DNA of 64,000 nt from an uncultured bacterium. Its GTDB lineage: Bacteria; Krumholzibacteriota; Krumholzibacteriia; LZORAL124-64-63. This document shows, piece by piece, positions 37,263 through 45,898 of this stretch. The notes under the pieces were generated by a model. That model was not told the DNA's origin, searched no databases, and saw only the letters and a list, made by a program, of their open reading frames with translations. Position 1 is the first letter of the stretch. The number at the start of each line of letters is the position of its first letter. Location: NCBI GenBank assembly GCA_963732385.1, contig CAVSZB010000007.1, forward strand, positions 992,001 to 1,056,000, in the 5' to 3' direction. The translations under genes and the position numbers were made by a program.

Positions 37263-40200
37263 GACAGGCTCCGCGTCCCTGAGTTCCTGCGGCACCGGCA
37301 TTCCGCGGCGCTGGCCCTGGAACCGCTCGATCCGGCAGGCTCTCAGCCCCGCCTCCTCGATGAACGGCTCCACCAGGCGCGGGCAGAACTGCGAACCGAC
37401 GAGCGCGCCGATCTCCGCCGTCGCCGCGGCGAACGTCAGCGGAGAACGATAGGTGCGGCCCTGCAACATCGCGTTGAGCGCATCGGTCAGGCCGACCAGA
37501 CGCGCGCCGATGGGGATCGCCTCGCCCTCCAGCCCGTCCGGATAACCCTGCCCGTCGAAGCGTTCGTGATGATGCAGAATGACCTGCCGCACCTTGGAAG
37601 AGGGCTCCAGCGGCGCCAGGATCTCGAGGCCCAGGTGTACGTGCTGGCGGATCAGTTCGCGTTCGTGGACCGAGAGCGGCGCCGCCTTGCGCAGCATCGG
37701 CTCGCTGAGCCGCGCCAGGCCCAGGTCGTAGGTCTTGAGCGCGAAGGCCAGGTTCTCGAGCTCCTCCTGAGGCAGCTTCAGCCGGCGCGCCGTCGCCAGA
37801 CAGATCTCGTGGCAGATGTCCGTCAGCGCATCGTGCCGTTCACGGCGGACCGCGACGGCCGTGCGCATCGCGTCACGCAACGCCACGAATTCGCGGGTCC
37901 GCTCCAGCCAGGCCCCCCGCCGCAGCAGCAGGTGACCGATGCGCGGCGCCATCGCCTCGAGGAGGGCCAGATCGTCGGCGGTGAAATGTCGCCCGTCGAG
38001 ACGGTTGTTCACGTTGACGACTCCCACGCAATCGAGTCCGTCGAACAGCGGCACGCTCAGCAGCGAGGCGGTAACGTACTGCGGGTCGCTGGCGCGCTTG
38101 CCGAAGCGGCCGTCGCCGACGATGTCGTCCACCAGCAGACTGCGCCCGCTTGCCCACACCTTGCCCGCCACGCCCTCCCCGCGCCGCAGACGGCAGCCCT
38201 GCACGACGCTGTCGGACAGGCCGACCGCCGCCTCGATCAGCAGATGCTCGCCCGACTCCTCGGGGACCATCAGCGACACGTTGCGAACGCCCATCGTTTC
38301 GCCGATCCAGTGCACCAGCTTTTCGGTGAAGTCCAGGGGATCGGTGAACGCGGGCAGGGAGCCCTGCGGACGTCCCCGGTGCACGACCTCGCCGGCGCGC
38401 GGGAGCACGATCTGCAGCCGCGCGCCGCTCGGCTGTCGCTTCTCGGCCCAGATGCGCCCCTCGTGCCACTGCACAATGTCGCGACAGATGGTCAGTCCTA
38501 CCCCCTGACCGCCATGCTCGCGGGTCGACGAACCATCCACCTGGTAGAAACGGTCGAAGATCAGTTCGAGCTGGCCGTCGGGAATGCCGATGCCGGTGTC
38601 TTCCACGACGATCTTGACCGCGGTCAGGCCGTCGTAGAGCGCCAGGCGGACCGTGCCGCCCTCCGGCGTGAACTTGACGGCGTTGCTGAGCAGATGCTCG
38701 ATCACCTGAGCCATCTGCGCCGCGTCGACGCTCAACCGCACGTCGTCCGCCGGCAGATCGAGCTGCAGGTTGATCGCCTTGGCGGCGATCGGGGCGGCGG
38801 CCGCCTCCGCCTGCCGTTTTACGACCTCCATCAGGCTGCATTCCTCGCGATGAACGCGCATGGTGCCGTCCTCGATCCGCGATAGATCGAGGATATCGTC
38901 CATGATGGCCGTAAGCTGCTCGCACTCCTGGTGGATGACCGTGAGGAACTCGTTGCGCACGGAATCGTCCATCGCCTGCTGATTGTGCACCAGCGTCTCG
39001 GTGTAGGCCCTGATGGAGGTCAGCGGCGTGCGCAGTTCGTGGCTGACGTTGGCCACGAAATTGCTCTTGAGTTCGTTCAGGTTCTTCAGCTGCTCCGAAG
39101 CGCGCGACAGCTCCAGGTTGTTGCGCGCCAGCTGATCATACAGTTCCGCCGATTCGATCGCGGTGCTGGCATGGCTGCCGAAAACCTCCAGCTGATGAAT
39201 GATCTCCACGGAGGGCAACCGGCGATCCACGGGATCGTCCACGCTCAGGTAACCGCGCACCTCTCCATCCGTCGACAGCAGCGGCACGATCAGCATGTCG
39301 TCCTCGTGCCATTCGTCGGCGGCGCGCTCGCCCAGATTCATGGTAAAGCCGTCCGCGGTGACCGCGGCCCACTCTTCGTCCTGGTGGCTTACGAAGTAGC
39401 TCGCCGAAACCCGGAATCTCGGCTGGGTCATCCGCCGGTACTCGTCCATCGCGATCTGCAGACCGATCAGGTGCGCCTTGCCCTCCTCCGTGATGCCGGC
39501 GAACGCGCGGGCCTCGAAGACCTGGGTGGAGGGGGACCAGATGCGCAGCAGCACCATCCGGAAACCGAGCGATTCGCGCACCGCTTCCGCCACCTGCTGC
39601 AGGACCGGGTTCAGGGAGCGGGTGGCATTGATGCGCGCAGTCAGCTGCAGGATGCGCTCGAGCGTCTGGGCGCGCCGCCCGAGCTGCTTTACCTGGGCCC
39701 GCTGCCCCTCCAGCAGACGCGCGCCCTCCTCGCCCGCGCGCCGCGCCTCATCGAGTTGCGCCACGGCCAGCGCGTATTCCGAGGCCAGCGTCACGGAACT
39801 GTCCCGCAGGGTCTGCAGGCTCTCCTGCCGCTCTCGCGCCAGCAGACCCGCGCCGGAACACAGCGCCGCGCCGAAAATCGCCGCGTGCGCCACGGCCGCC
39901 GGCCACCCGGCCGCGAAACCGAACCGGGCCGAAGCCCCCGTCAGGGCCGCCAGCAGGACCGCGGTCAGGGCGGTCGCGGCCCACACGCACCAGACCCGCC
40001 GGGACACCGCGCCGGCGCGCCACAGACGGCGTCCCCCCTCGACCAGGGCCGCCACGATCGCCAGTTCGACCAGGGCCAGCGGGATCGGCAGGGCGGCGCC
40101 GTCCGCCACGCCGGTCACCACCCCCGTCAGCCGCGCCGCAGAGAACACGGCCTGCGCCTGACCGGCCAGTTCGACGCCGCGGTACGTGCGCATCCCGGTC

Positions 40201-40337
40201 CGCAGGCGCGCCAGGCGGAAGACCTGCGCCAGCCCGAGGCCCAAAAACAACAACAGCGTCTGGTGGACGTCGAACACGCCGACCTCCACCAGAGGCCGGG
40301 TCAGCGGCTGCAGCAGCCATAAGGTGGCCGTCGGCAT
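37245..40337 (-). CDS. Membrane GAF-histidine kinase fused to C-terminal GAF and degenerate HD-GYP domain
   Basis: TM helices; VSHELRTPL, HLLSNAVKFT, DTGIGI, GQGVGL; second GAF (VGVVNVNNR...FTADD); YDLG in place of HD; HHERFDGQGYPDGL. Confidence 0.88.
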   Translation of the reverse strand: MPTATLWLLQPLTRPLVEVGVFDVHQTLLLFLGLGLAQVFRLARLRTGMRTYRGVELAGQAQAVFSAARLTGVVTGVADGAALPIPLALVELAIVAALVEGGRRLWRAGAVSRRVWCVWAATALTAVLLAALTGASARFGFAAGWPAAVAHAAIFGAALCSGAGLLARERQESLQTLRDSSVTLASEYALAVAQLDEARRAGEEGARLLEGQRAQVKQLGRRAQTLERILQLTARINATRSLNPVLQQVAEAVRESLGFRMVLLRIWSPSTQVFEARAFAGITEEGKAHLIGLQIAMDEYRRMTQPRFRVSASYFVSHQDEEWAAVTADGFTMNLGERAADEWHEDDMLIVPLLSTDGEVRGYLSVDDPVDRRLPSVEIIHQLEVFGSHASTAIESAELYDQLARNNLELSRASEQLKNLNELKSNFVANVSHELRTPLTSIRAYTETLVHNQQAMDDSVRNEFLTVIHQECEQLTAIMDDILDLSRIEDGTMRVHREECSLMEVVKRQAEAAAAPIAAKAINLQLDLPADDVRLSVDAAQMAQVIEHLLSNAVKFTPEGGTVRLALYDGLTAVKIVVEDTGIGIPDGQLELIFDRFYQVDGSSTREHGGQGVGLTICRDIVQWHEGRIWAEKRQPSGARLQIVLPRAGEVVHRGRPQGSLPAFTDPLDFTEKLVHWIGETMGVRNVSLMVPEESGEHLLIEAAVGLSDSVVQGCRLRRGEGVAGKVWASGRSLLVDDIVGDGRFGKRASDPQYVTASLLSVPLFDGLDCVGVVNVNNRLDGRHFTADDLALLEAMAPRIGHLLLRRGAWLERTREFVALRDAMRTAVAVRRERHDALTDICHEICLATARRLKLPQEELENLAFALKTYDLGLARLSEPMLRKAAPLSVHERELIRQHVHLGLEILAPLEPSSKVRQVILHHHERFDGQGYPDGLEGEAIPIGARLVGLTDALNAMLQGRTYRSPLTFAAATAEIGALVGSQFCPRLVEPFIEEAGLRACRIERFQGQRRGMPVPQELRDAEPVSSGIV

Positions 40338-40356
40338 CGATCCCCCTCGCGCCGGG

Positions 40357-40746
40357 TCAGACCGCCGGGCGCGCCCGCGCCACGAGCAGTCTCTGGATCA
40401 GGTCCACCAGCCGCGAAATCGTGAACGGCTTGCGCATGAAGTGGTTCGCTCCCGCCTGCAGGATGGTGTCGCGCGTCTGCGGATCAGCGCGCGCCGACAA
40501 CGCGACAATGATCGTGTCGGCGTAGGCGCGGTTGCGCCGGATGAGACGGGTGGTGTCCACTCCGTCAAGCTTCGGCATCATGATATCCATGACGATCACG
40601 TCGGGCCGGAACGTCGACACCTTGTTCATGCAATCGACACCGTCCCGCGCCGTCGCGACCTGGAAGCGCTCGTTGTTCAGGGCGTGGCTGAGCACGTTCA
40701 CGAGCGGCAGTTCGTCGTCAACGATCAGGACCCTTGGGGCTGCCAT
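40357..40746 (-). CDS. Single-domain response regulator
   Basis: IVDDE, VMDIMMP, ALSA, KPF; start overlaps the upstream gene end. Confidence 0.92.
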   Translation of the reverse strand: MAAPRVLIVDDELPLVNVLSHALNNERFQVATARDGVDCMNKVSTFRPDVIVMDIMMPKLDGVDTTRLIRRNRAYADTIIVALSARADPQTRDTILQAGANHFMRKPFTISRLVDLIQRLLVARARPAV

Positions 40747-43697
40747 CTACCCTCCTGTTCGTGATCGGCGGGCACTGTCGCGGCCGCCGGCGATCCGGCC
40801 GGAGACGCCCCGAACAGGCCCTCCTCGCGCAGGACGGCCACGAAGACCTCCACGACCTCGGCGTCGAACTGCCGACCCGCGTTGCCCCGCAACTCCCCCA
40901 CGGCGTGCTCCGCGGAGCGGCTCTCATGCCACGGCCGTTCCTGGCTCATGGCGAAGAAGGCATCGACCACGGCCAGAATGCGCGCGCCGAGCGGGATATC
41001 GCTGCCGAGCAGGCCACGCGGGTAGCCGCTCCCGTCCACCCGCTCGTGATGGGCCATGATGATCTGACTCATCTCGGGCGCCTGGAGCAGCGGCGACACG
41101 AGATTGGCACCCTGCTCCGGGTGCTGAGTGACCTCGTCGTGCTCGTCCTCGGTGAGTGGCCCCGTCTTGTGCAGGATCTCGTCGTCCACCGCGACCATGC
41201 CGACGTCGTGCACCGAGGCTACGTACTGCAGCCGCCGGATCTCGGCGCGCGTCAGCCCGAGCCGACGCGCGGTCTCGACGAGCAGCCGACGCGCCAGCGG
41301 GGTGGCCGTGGGGATGGCGTTGCGCTTCATGACGATCAGCGCCTGCAGGGCATCGACGATCTTCTCGACCCGCCGCGCCGAGGAGTCGGCCTGCATCGCC
41401 TGCTCCAGCGCGGCCGACACCTTGTCGCTCAGGGTCGTCACCAGGGCCAGGTCGTCTTCATTGAAGGGAGCGCCCGACACCTTGTTATTGACGTTGATCA
41501 CGCCGATCGCCTTGTCGCCGATGCGCAGAGGCACCGACACCAGGGAGTGCGTTTCGTACTGATCGCGGTTCCCCGACTCGATCAGGCCGTCTTTCACGAC
41601 GTCCGCCACCAGCAGTGGCCGGCCCGACTGCAGCACGCGCCCGGCGATCCCCTTGCCGATCGCCACATGCGCGCTCTTGACGATGCTCTCGTTCAGCCCG
41701 TAGGCCGACTGCACCACGAGATTCCGTCCGTCCTTGTCGAGCAGCATGAGCGACACGATCTTCGATTCGGTCATCTCTGCGACCATGCGCACGGTCAGAC
41801 GCAGCAGCTGCTGGAACTGTGGTCGCGTCGTGAGATCGCCGAGGATGGCGGCGGTGACCGGATTGAGCTGGTGCTCCTTGGGCAGGTGGAAGATGAAAGA
41901 AGACCCTTGCCCCACCGTGCTCTGCACGTCGATGTGCCCGCCGTGCAGGTCGATGATGTTCTTGACGATCGACAGTCCGAGACCCGCCCCCTCGACCCCC
42001 TCGCTCAGGCCGCTGACGCGGTAGAACTGCCGAAATATGCGGCGCAATTCGTCGGCGGGGATGCCGGGGCCGGTGTCGCTGACCGTCACGCGGATGGTGG
42101 CGGCGTCCTCGCTGGCGCTCACCGTGACGGTGCCCCCGCCCGGCGTGTACTTGATCGCGTTGTTGAGCAGGTTGATGAGGACCTGTCGGATGAGATCGGC
42201 GTCGATCTCCACGCGGGGCAGCAGGGCCGGCACATCCAGCGTCAGGCGCAACCCCTTGGCGTCGAGGAGCGGATCGAGCGTGCGCAACGTTTCGCGGATC
42301 AGCGGCTCCAGATCGAGCACGCAACGGTTCAGGAAACGCTGCCCGAATTCGAGGCGCGAAAAGTCGAGGATGCGATTCACCATCCGCAGCAGGCGCTCGG
42401 ACTCCTCGCGGATGATGCCGAGGAATTCTCCGGTCTGCGCGAAGTCCGGCCGTGCGCGTTCGCTGAGCAACGCCTCTGTGTAGGCGCTGATCGAGGTGAG
42501 CGGCGTCTTGAGTTCGTGGCTGGCCACCGCCACGAAATCGCTCTGCATCTTGTTGATGCGCGTGAGCGTCTCGTTCTCGGCGTGCAGGGAGGCCAATTCG
42601 CCCCGCAGGCGGGCCAGATGCCCGCTCGCCGCAAGCAGCGGCGCCAGCTGGCTGCCCAGGCGGACCATGGTCATCTTCAGATAAGCCTCGTCGGCCTCGT
42701 GCGACCGCAGCCCCACGAGCACGGCCAGACCGGCGGCGCCGCGTCCGACGAGCGGGGCGAGCAGCCAGCGATCGAACACAGACCCGGCGGCCGGAGGGAA
42801 GTCGGCGTCGCGCAGCGCCGCGGCAGGACCGGCAGAGAAGGGGCGATCCAAATCGCGTGCGGCGGTCCCGAAGAAGGCGGCGCTACGGGCCGTCAGATCG
42901 ATCCACTGCGGCCAGGTCTGTCCGCCCCTTACGGCGATGCAGCGCGCCGGAGTCCCGCGCTCGTCATCCACATCCGCCGGCCAGCCCGGACTGGTGATCG
43001 CGGCCGCGAACGCCACGCCCGGCACCCGGGTGAGCACGAGCACCGTTTCCTCGAGCAGATCCGCGAAGTCGCCGTCCTCGCCCAGGGCAATGCCGGCGTT
43101 GTCGGCGGTGCGCCTGGCAAGGCTGTCCACCGGCTCCGGGGTCGCCACCCACCCCGGCAGCAGCACGCGCCTGGCCGTCCGGACGAGATGCGTGACCGAC
43201 AGGAGCAGGGCGCCCAGCATCAGGGTAACCCCCAGCACCAGCCGCCAGTCGAATTCGCTCGCAGGGTCGCCACCCGGCCAGGAGACGCTCGCCATCGCCG
43301 CGAATCCGCCGAGCAGCCCCAGCGTGGCGCCGAGACTCGACCTCGCCGAGGCACAGAGCAGGCCGGCGTGACAGGCTGGGAAGAGCAGCAGGAAGAGGTA
43401 GGGGCTGGAAACCCCGCCGGTGAGCACGAGCAACGGCAGCCAGATCGCCGCGTCGGCGAGCAGGATCGGCAGCGCCGCCAGCGGCCGTCCGCCGGAGCGG
43501 AAACCGCCGGAGAACAGCGCGAGCAGTGCCTGCAGGACGGCCGCGACGGCGAACAGCACGAGGACGGGGGGCAGCGGGAAGCGGAGCGCGGCCAGTTCAC
43601 GCGAGACGAGGACGACCAGGAGGCCGACCGTCAACTCCGCCCAGCGGACCTGTCGCAGCAGGTAATGGTTGATATCGGCCACGCGATCCAAGAGCAA
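40725..43697 (-). CDS. Membrane histidine kinase fused to C-terminal GAF and HD-GYP domain
   Basis: Several TM helices; ASHELKTPL, NLLNNAIKYT, DTGPGI, GAGLGL; GAF with NNK...FNEDD; VHDVG, HP, HHERVDGSGYPRGL, IPLGARILAVVD. Confidence 0.9.
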   Translation of the reverse strand: MLLDRVADINHYLLRQVRWAELTVGLLVVLVSRELAALRFPLPPVLVLFAVAAVLQALLALFSGGFRSGGRPLAALPILLADAAIWLPLLVLTGGVSSPYLFLLLFPACHAGLLCASARSSLGATLGLLGGFAAMASVSWPGGDPASEFDWRLVLGVTLMLGALLLSVTHLVRTARRVLLPGWVATPEPVDSLARRTADNAGIALGEDGDFADLLEETVLVLTRVPGVAFAAAITSPGWPADVDDERGTPARCIAVRGGQTWPQWIDLTARSAAFFGTAARDLDRPFSAGPAAALRDADFPPAAGSVFDRWLLAPLVGRGAAGLAVLVGLRSHEADEAYLKMTMVRLGSQLAPLLAASGHLARLRGELASLHAENETLTRINKMQSDFVAVASHELKTPLTSISAYTEALLSERARPDFAQTGEFLGIIREESERLLRMVNRILDFSRLEFGQRFLNRCVLDLEPLIRETLRTLDPLLDAKGLRLTLDVPALLPRVEIDADLIRQVLINLLNNAIKYTPGGGTVTVSASEDAATIRVTVSDTGPGIPADELRRIFRQFYRVSGLSEGVEGAGLGLSIVKNIIDLHGGHIDVQSTVGQGSSFIFHLPKEHQLNPVTAAILGDLTTRPQFQQLLRLTVRMVAEMTESKIVSLMLLDKDGRNLVVQSAYGLNESIVKSAHVAIGKGIAGRVLQSGRPLLVADVVKDGLIESGNRDQYETHSLVSVPLRIGDKAIGVINVNNKVSGAPFNEDDLALVTTLSDKVSAALEQAMQADSSARRVEKIVDALQALIVMKRNAIPTATPLARRLLVETARRLGLTRAEIRRLQYVASVHDVGMVAVDDEILHKTGPLTEDEHDEVTQHPEQGANLVSPLLQAPEMSQIIMAHHERVDGSGYPRGLLGSDIPLGARILAVVDAFFAMSQERPWHESRSAEHAVGELRGNAGRQFDAEVVEVFVAVLREEGLFGASPAGSPAAATVPADHEQEGRWQPQGS

Positions 43698-43735
43698 CTC
43701 CGTTGCCGCCGTTCGGGGAACCCTGCTGCGCCCGG

Positions 43736-44722
43736 TCAGCGCGCCGTGTCCACAACGCCGGCAACGGTGGTGACGACGGGCGCCTCGTTCGGCGCGCGCC
43801 GCTCGCGGACGATCACGCTGCCGTTGATGGTCTTGCCGTAGCTCTTGAGCTCGGCGGCGATATCGCTCAGACGCGCGATGTGCTGGGCCTGTCCTGTGGC
43901 GTCGGTCACGAGCGCAATGGTCAGGGTGACGAACGGCATCATCTTCTCGAGGCCGGCGCGGCTGCGCACCTGGATGTAGCCCCGCTCGCGGTCGACCGGG
44001 TCATATAGGGCCGTTACGCCCTCGTCGAACCGCCGGATGATCTGTGCGGCGAGCGTGTCGGCATGCTCGGGGGCGGAGATGACCACGAAGTCGTCGCCGC
44101 CGATGTGTCCGGTGAAGACCGATTGATCAACCGATTCGCGCCCGACATCGAGCAGCATCCGGGCCAGGAAACTGATCGCCTCGTCGCCCCGCGTATAACC
44201 GTAGTAGTCGTTGAAGCCCTTGAAATTATCGATGTCCAGATACAGGAAGCTGAACGGCTGCCCCTCCTGTGAACGCCGCTGCACCTCCTGATCGATCGCC
44301 CGGTTCCCCGGCAGGCCGGTCAGCGGATTGGCGTCGCGCTGCGACTGGCTCCAGTCCAGCATGTTGCGCATGCGCAGCATCAGTTCTTCGTGGTTGAACG
44401 GCTTGGTCAGGTAGTCGTTCGCGCCCCCGCGCAGACCGCGCACCTTCTCGGAGCCCTCGCCCTTGGCGGTGAGCATGATGACCGGGATCCAGCTCGTGCG
44501 GAAGGCCTCGCGCAGTTTTTGCAGCAGCGTGAAGCCGTCCATCTTCGGCATCATCACGTCGAGCAGGATCAGGTCGGGCACGCTGCGTTCGATGAACTCG
44601 AGGGCGACCAAGCCGTTCTCCGCGAGCGTGACCTCGAAGCCCTCCTGCTCCAGCAGGAACTGGAGGATCTTCCGGATATGCGGCTCATCATCGACGACGA
44701 GAATTCTGCGGGCCGCGGACAT
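43736..44722 (-). CDS. Response regulator with GGDEF (diguanylate cyclase-like) output domain
   Basis: REC (VVDDE, LLDVMMP, KPF) plus NPLTGLPGN, DIDNFKGFNDYYG...GD, GHIGGDDF. Start moved to ATG 44722. Confidence 0.92.
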   Translation of the reverse strand: MSAARRILVVDDEPHIRKILQFLLEQEGFEVTLAENGLVALEFIERSVPDLILLDVMMPKMDGFTLLQKLREAFRTSWIPVIMLTAKGEGSEKVRGLRGGANDYLTKPFNHEELMLRMRNMLDWSQSQRDANPLTGLPGNRAIDQEVQRRSQEGQPFSFLYLDIDNFKGFNDYYGYTRGDEAISFLARMLLDVGRESVDQSVFTGHIGGDDFVVISAPEHADTLAAQIIRRFDEGVTALYDPVDRERGYIQVRSRAGLEKMMPFVTLTIALVTDATGQAQHIARLSDIAAELKSYGKTINGSVIVRERRAPNEAPVVTTVAGVVDTAR

Positions 44723-44789
44723 ATGCCCCCCTGACGGGCGTGCAATCTGAAGGCACGCCGCCACGATTTGGGATTTGGGGGCATTTTTG

Positions 44790-44804
44790 GCAATTCGCAT
44801 GCCA
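44790..44804 (-). promoter_or_regulatory. Putative sigma54 -24/-12 promoter TGGCATGCGAATTGC
   Basis: Fits TGGCAYG-N4-TTGC with exact GG-N10-GC spacing; intergenic and correctly oriented, about 70 nt upstream of REC-GGDEF. Confidence 0.7.
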
Positions 44805-44878
44805 TCGACGGGAAGAAGCGACCCCGGAATGGCGAGAGGGGACATTGAAGGAACCCGAACGCCCATTTGGGCCGATTC

Positions 44879-45898
44879 TCAGCGCCAGGAAGCCACGGGA
44901 CCACGAGCGAAACTGTCCAGATTCCAGCCATCGACGTGCCCGGCGACCAGCCGGCACCACCCCGCGTAGGCGATCATGGCGGCATTATCGGTGCAGTATG
45001 CCGGATCCGGGGGCAGGAAATGCAGTCCCTCGCGAGCGGCGGCTGCGGCCACCGCGCCCCGCAGCCGACGATTGGCCGCCACCCCGCCGGCGAGATAGAC
45101 TGCCCGCGTCCGCCGCTCGCGCGCCGCCTGGATCAGACGCGCAACGAGAACCTCGACGATGGCCTCCTGGGTCTCGAGCGCCAGATCGGCCACATCCTGC
45201 GGCAAATGCGGCCGGGGCAGCTTTTCCACCTCCAGGCGCGCCGCGGTCTTGAGGCCGCTGAAGCTGAAGACGATCCGCGGGTCGCGCAGCAGCGGCCGGG
45301 GGAACCGGAAATGTCCCGGCCGCCCCCCCTCCGCCGCCCGATCGATGGCCGGACCACCCGGATAGGGGAGGCCGAGCAGTTGGGCCACCTTGTCGAACGC
45401 CTCGCCCGCCGCGTCGTCGAGCGTCGCGCCGAGGCGCTCGTAACGCCCCACCTCCGACATCAGCACGACCTCGGTGTGACCACCTGAAACCACCAGCACC
45501 GCGGCCGGGAACTGCAGCGGGGCCGTGAGCGCATTGGCCAGGATGTGTCCTTCGATGTGGTGCACCCCGGCCAGCTTCAGGCCGGCCGTGTAGGCCAGCG
45601 CCTTGGCCGTGGAGAGACCGACCAGCAGCGCGCCGATCAAACCAGGGCCGGCGGTCACCGCCACGCCGTCGAGGTCCTTCAGCCCGAGCCTCTGGCCCGA
45701 CAGCAGATGCTCGACCATCGGCAGCAGATTGACCAGATGGGCGCGTGACGCGAGTTCCGGCACGACCCCGCCGAAAGGTCCGTGCAGCCTCACCTGAGAG
45801 GAGACGAGGTTCGCCGTCACGCCACGACCCTCTTCGTAGAGCGCCACGCTCGTGTCGTCACAACTGGTTTCGATACCGAGCACGCGCACGGCGTTCAC
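44879..45898 (-). CDS. tsaD: tRNA N6-threonylcarbamoyladenosine synthase subunit
   Basis: LGIETSCDDT, GGVVPELASRAH, HHIEGH, VSGGHT, DDAAGEAFDK, DNAAMI. Confidence 0.97.
   Translation of the reverse strand: MNAVRVLGIETSCDDTSVALYEEGRGVTANLVSSQVRLHGPFGGVVPELASRAHLVNLLPMVEHLLSGQRLGLKDLDGVAVTAGPGLIGALLVGLSTAKALAYTAGLKLAGVHHIEGHILANALTAPLQFPAAVLVVSGGHTEVVLMSEVGRYERLGATLDDAAGEAFDKVAQLLGLPYPGGPAIDRAAEGGRPGHFRFPRPLLRDPRIVFSFSGLKTAARLEVEKLPRPHLPQDVADLALETQEAIVEVLVARLIQAARERRTRAVYLAGGVAANRRLRGAVAAAAAREGLHFLPPDPAYCTDNAAMIAYAGWCRLVAGHVDGWNLDSFARGPVASWR

Noticed and set aside
43736..44722. Hypr-type GGDEF (3',3'-cGAMP synthase)
   Set aside because: The base-specificity position retains Asp (GYTRGD) rather than the Ser/Thr of Hypr enzymes.
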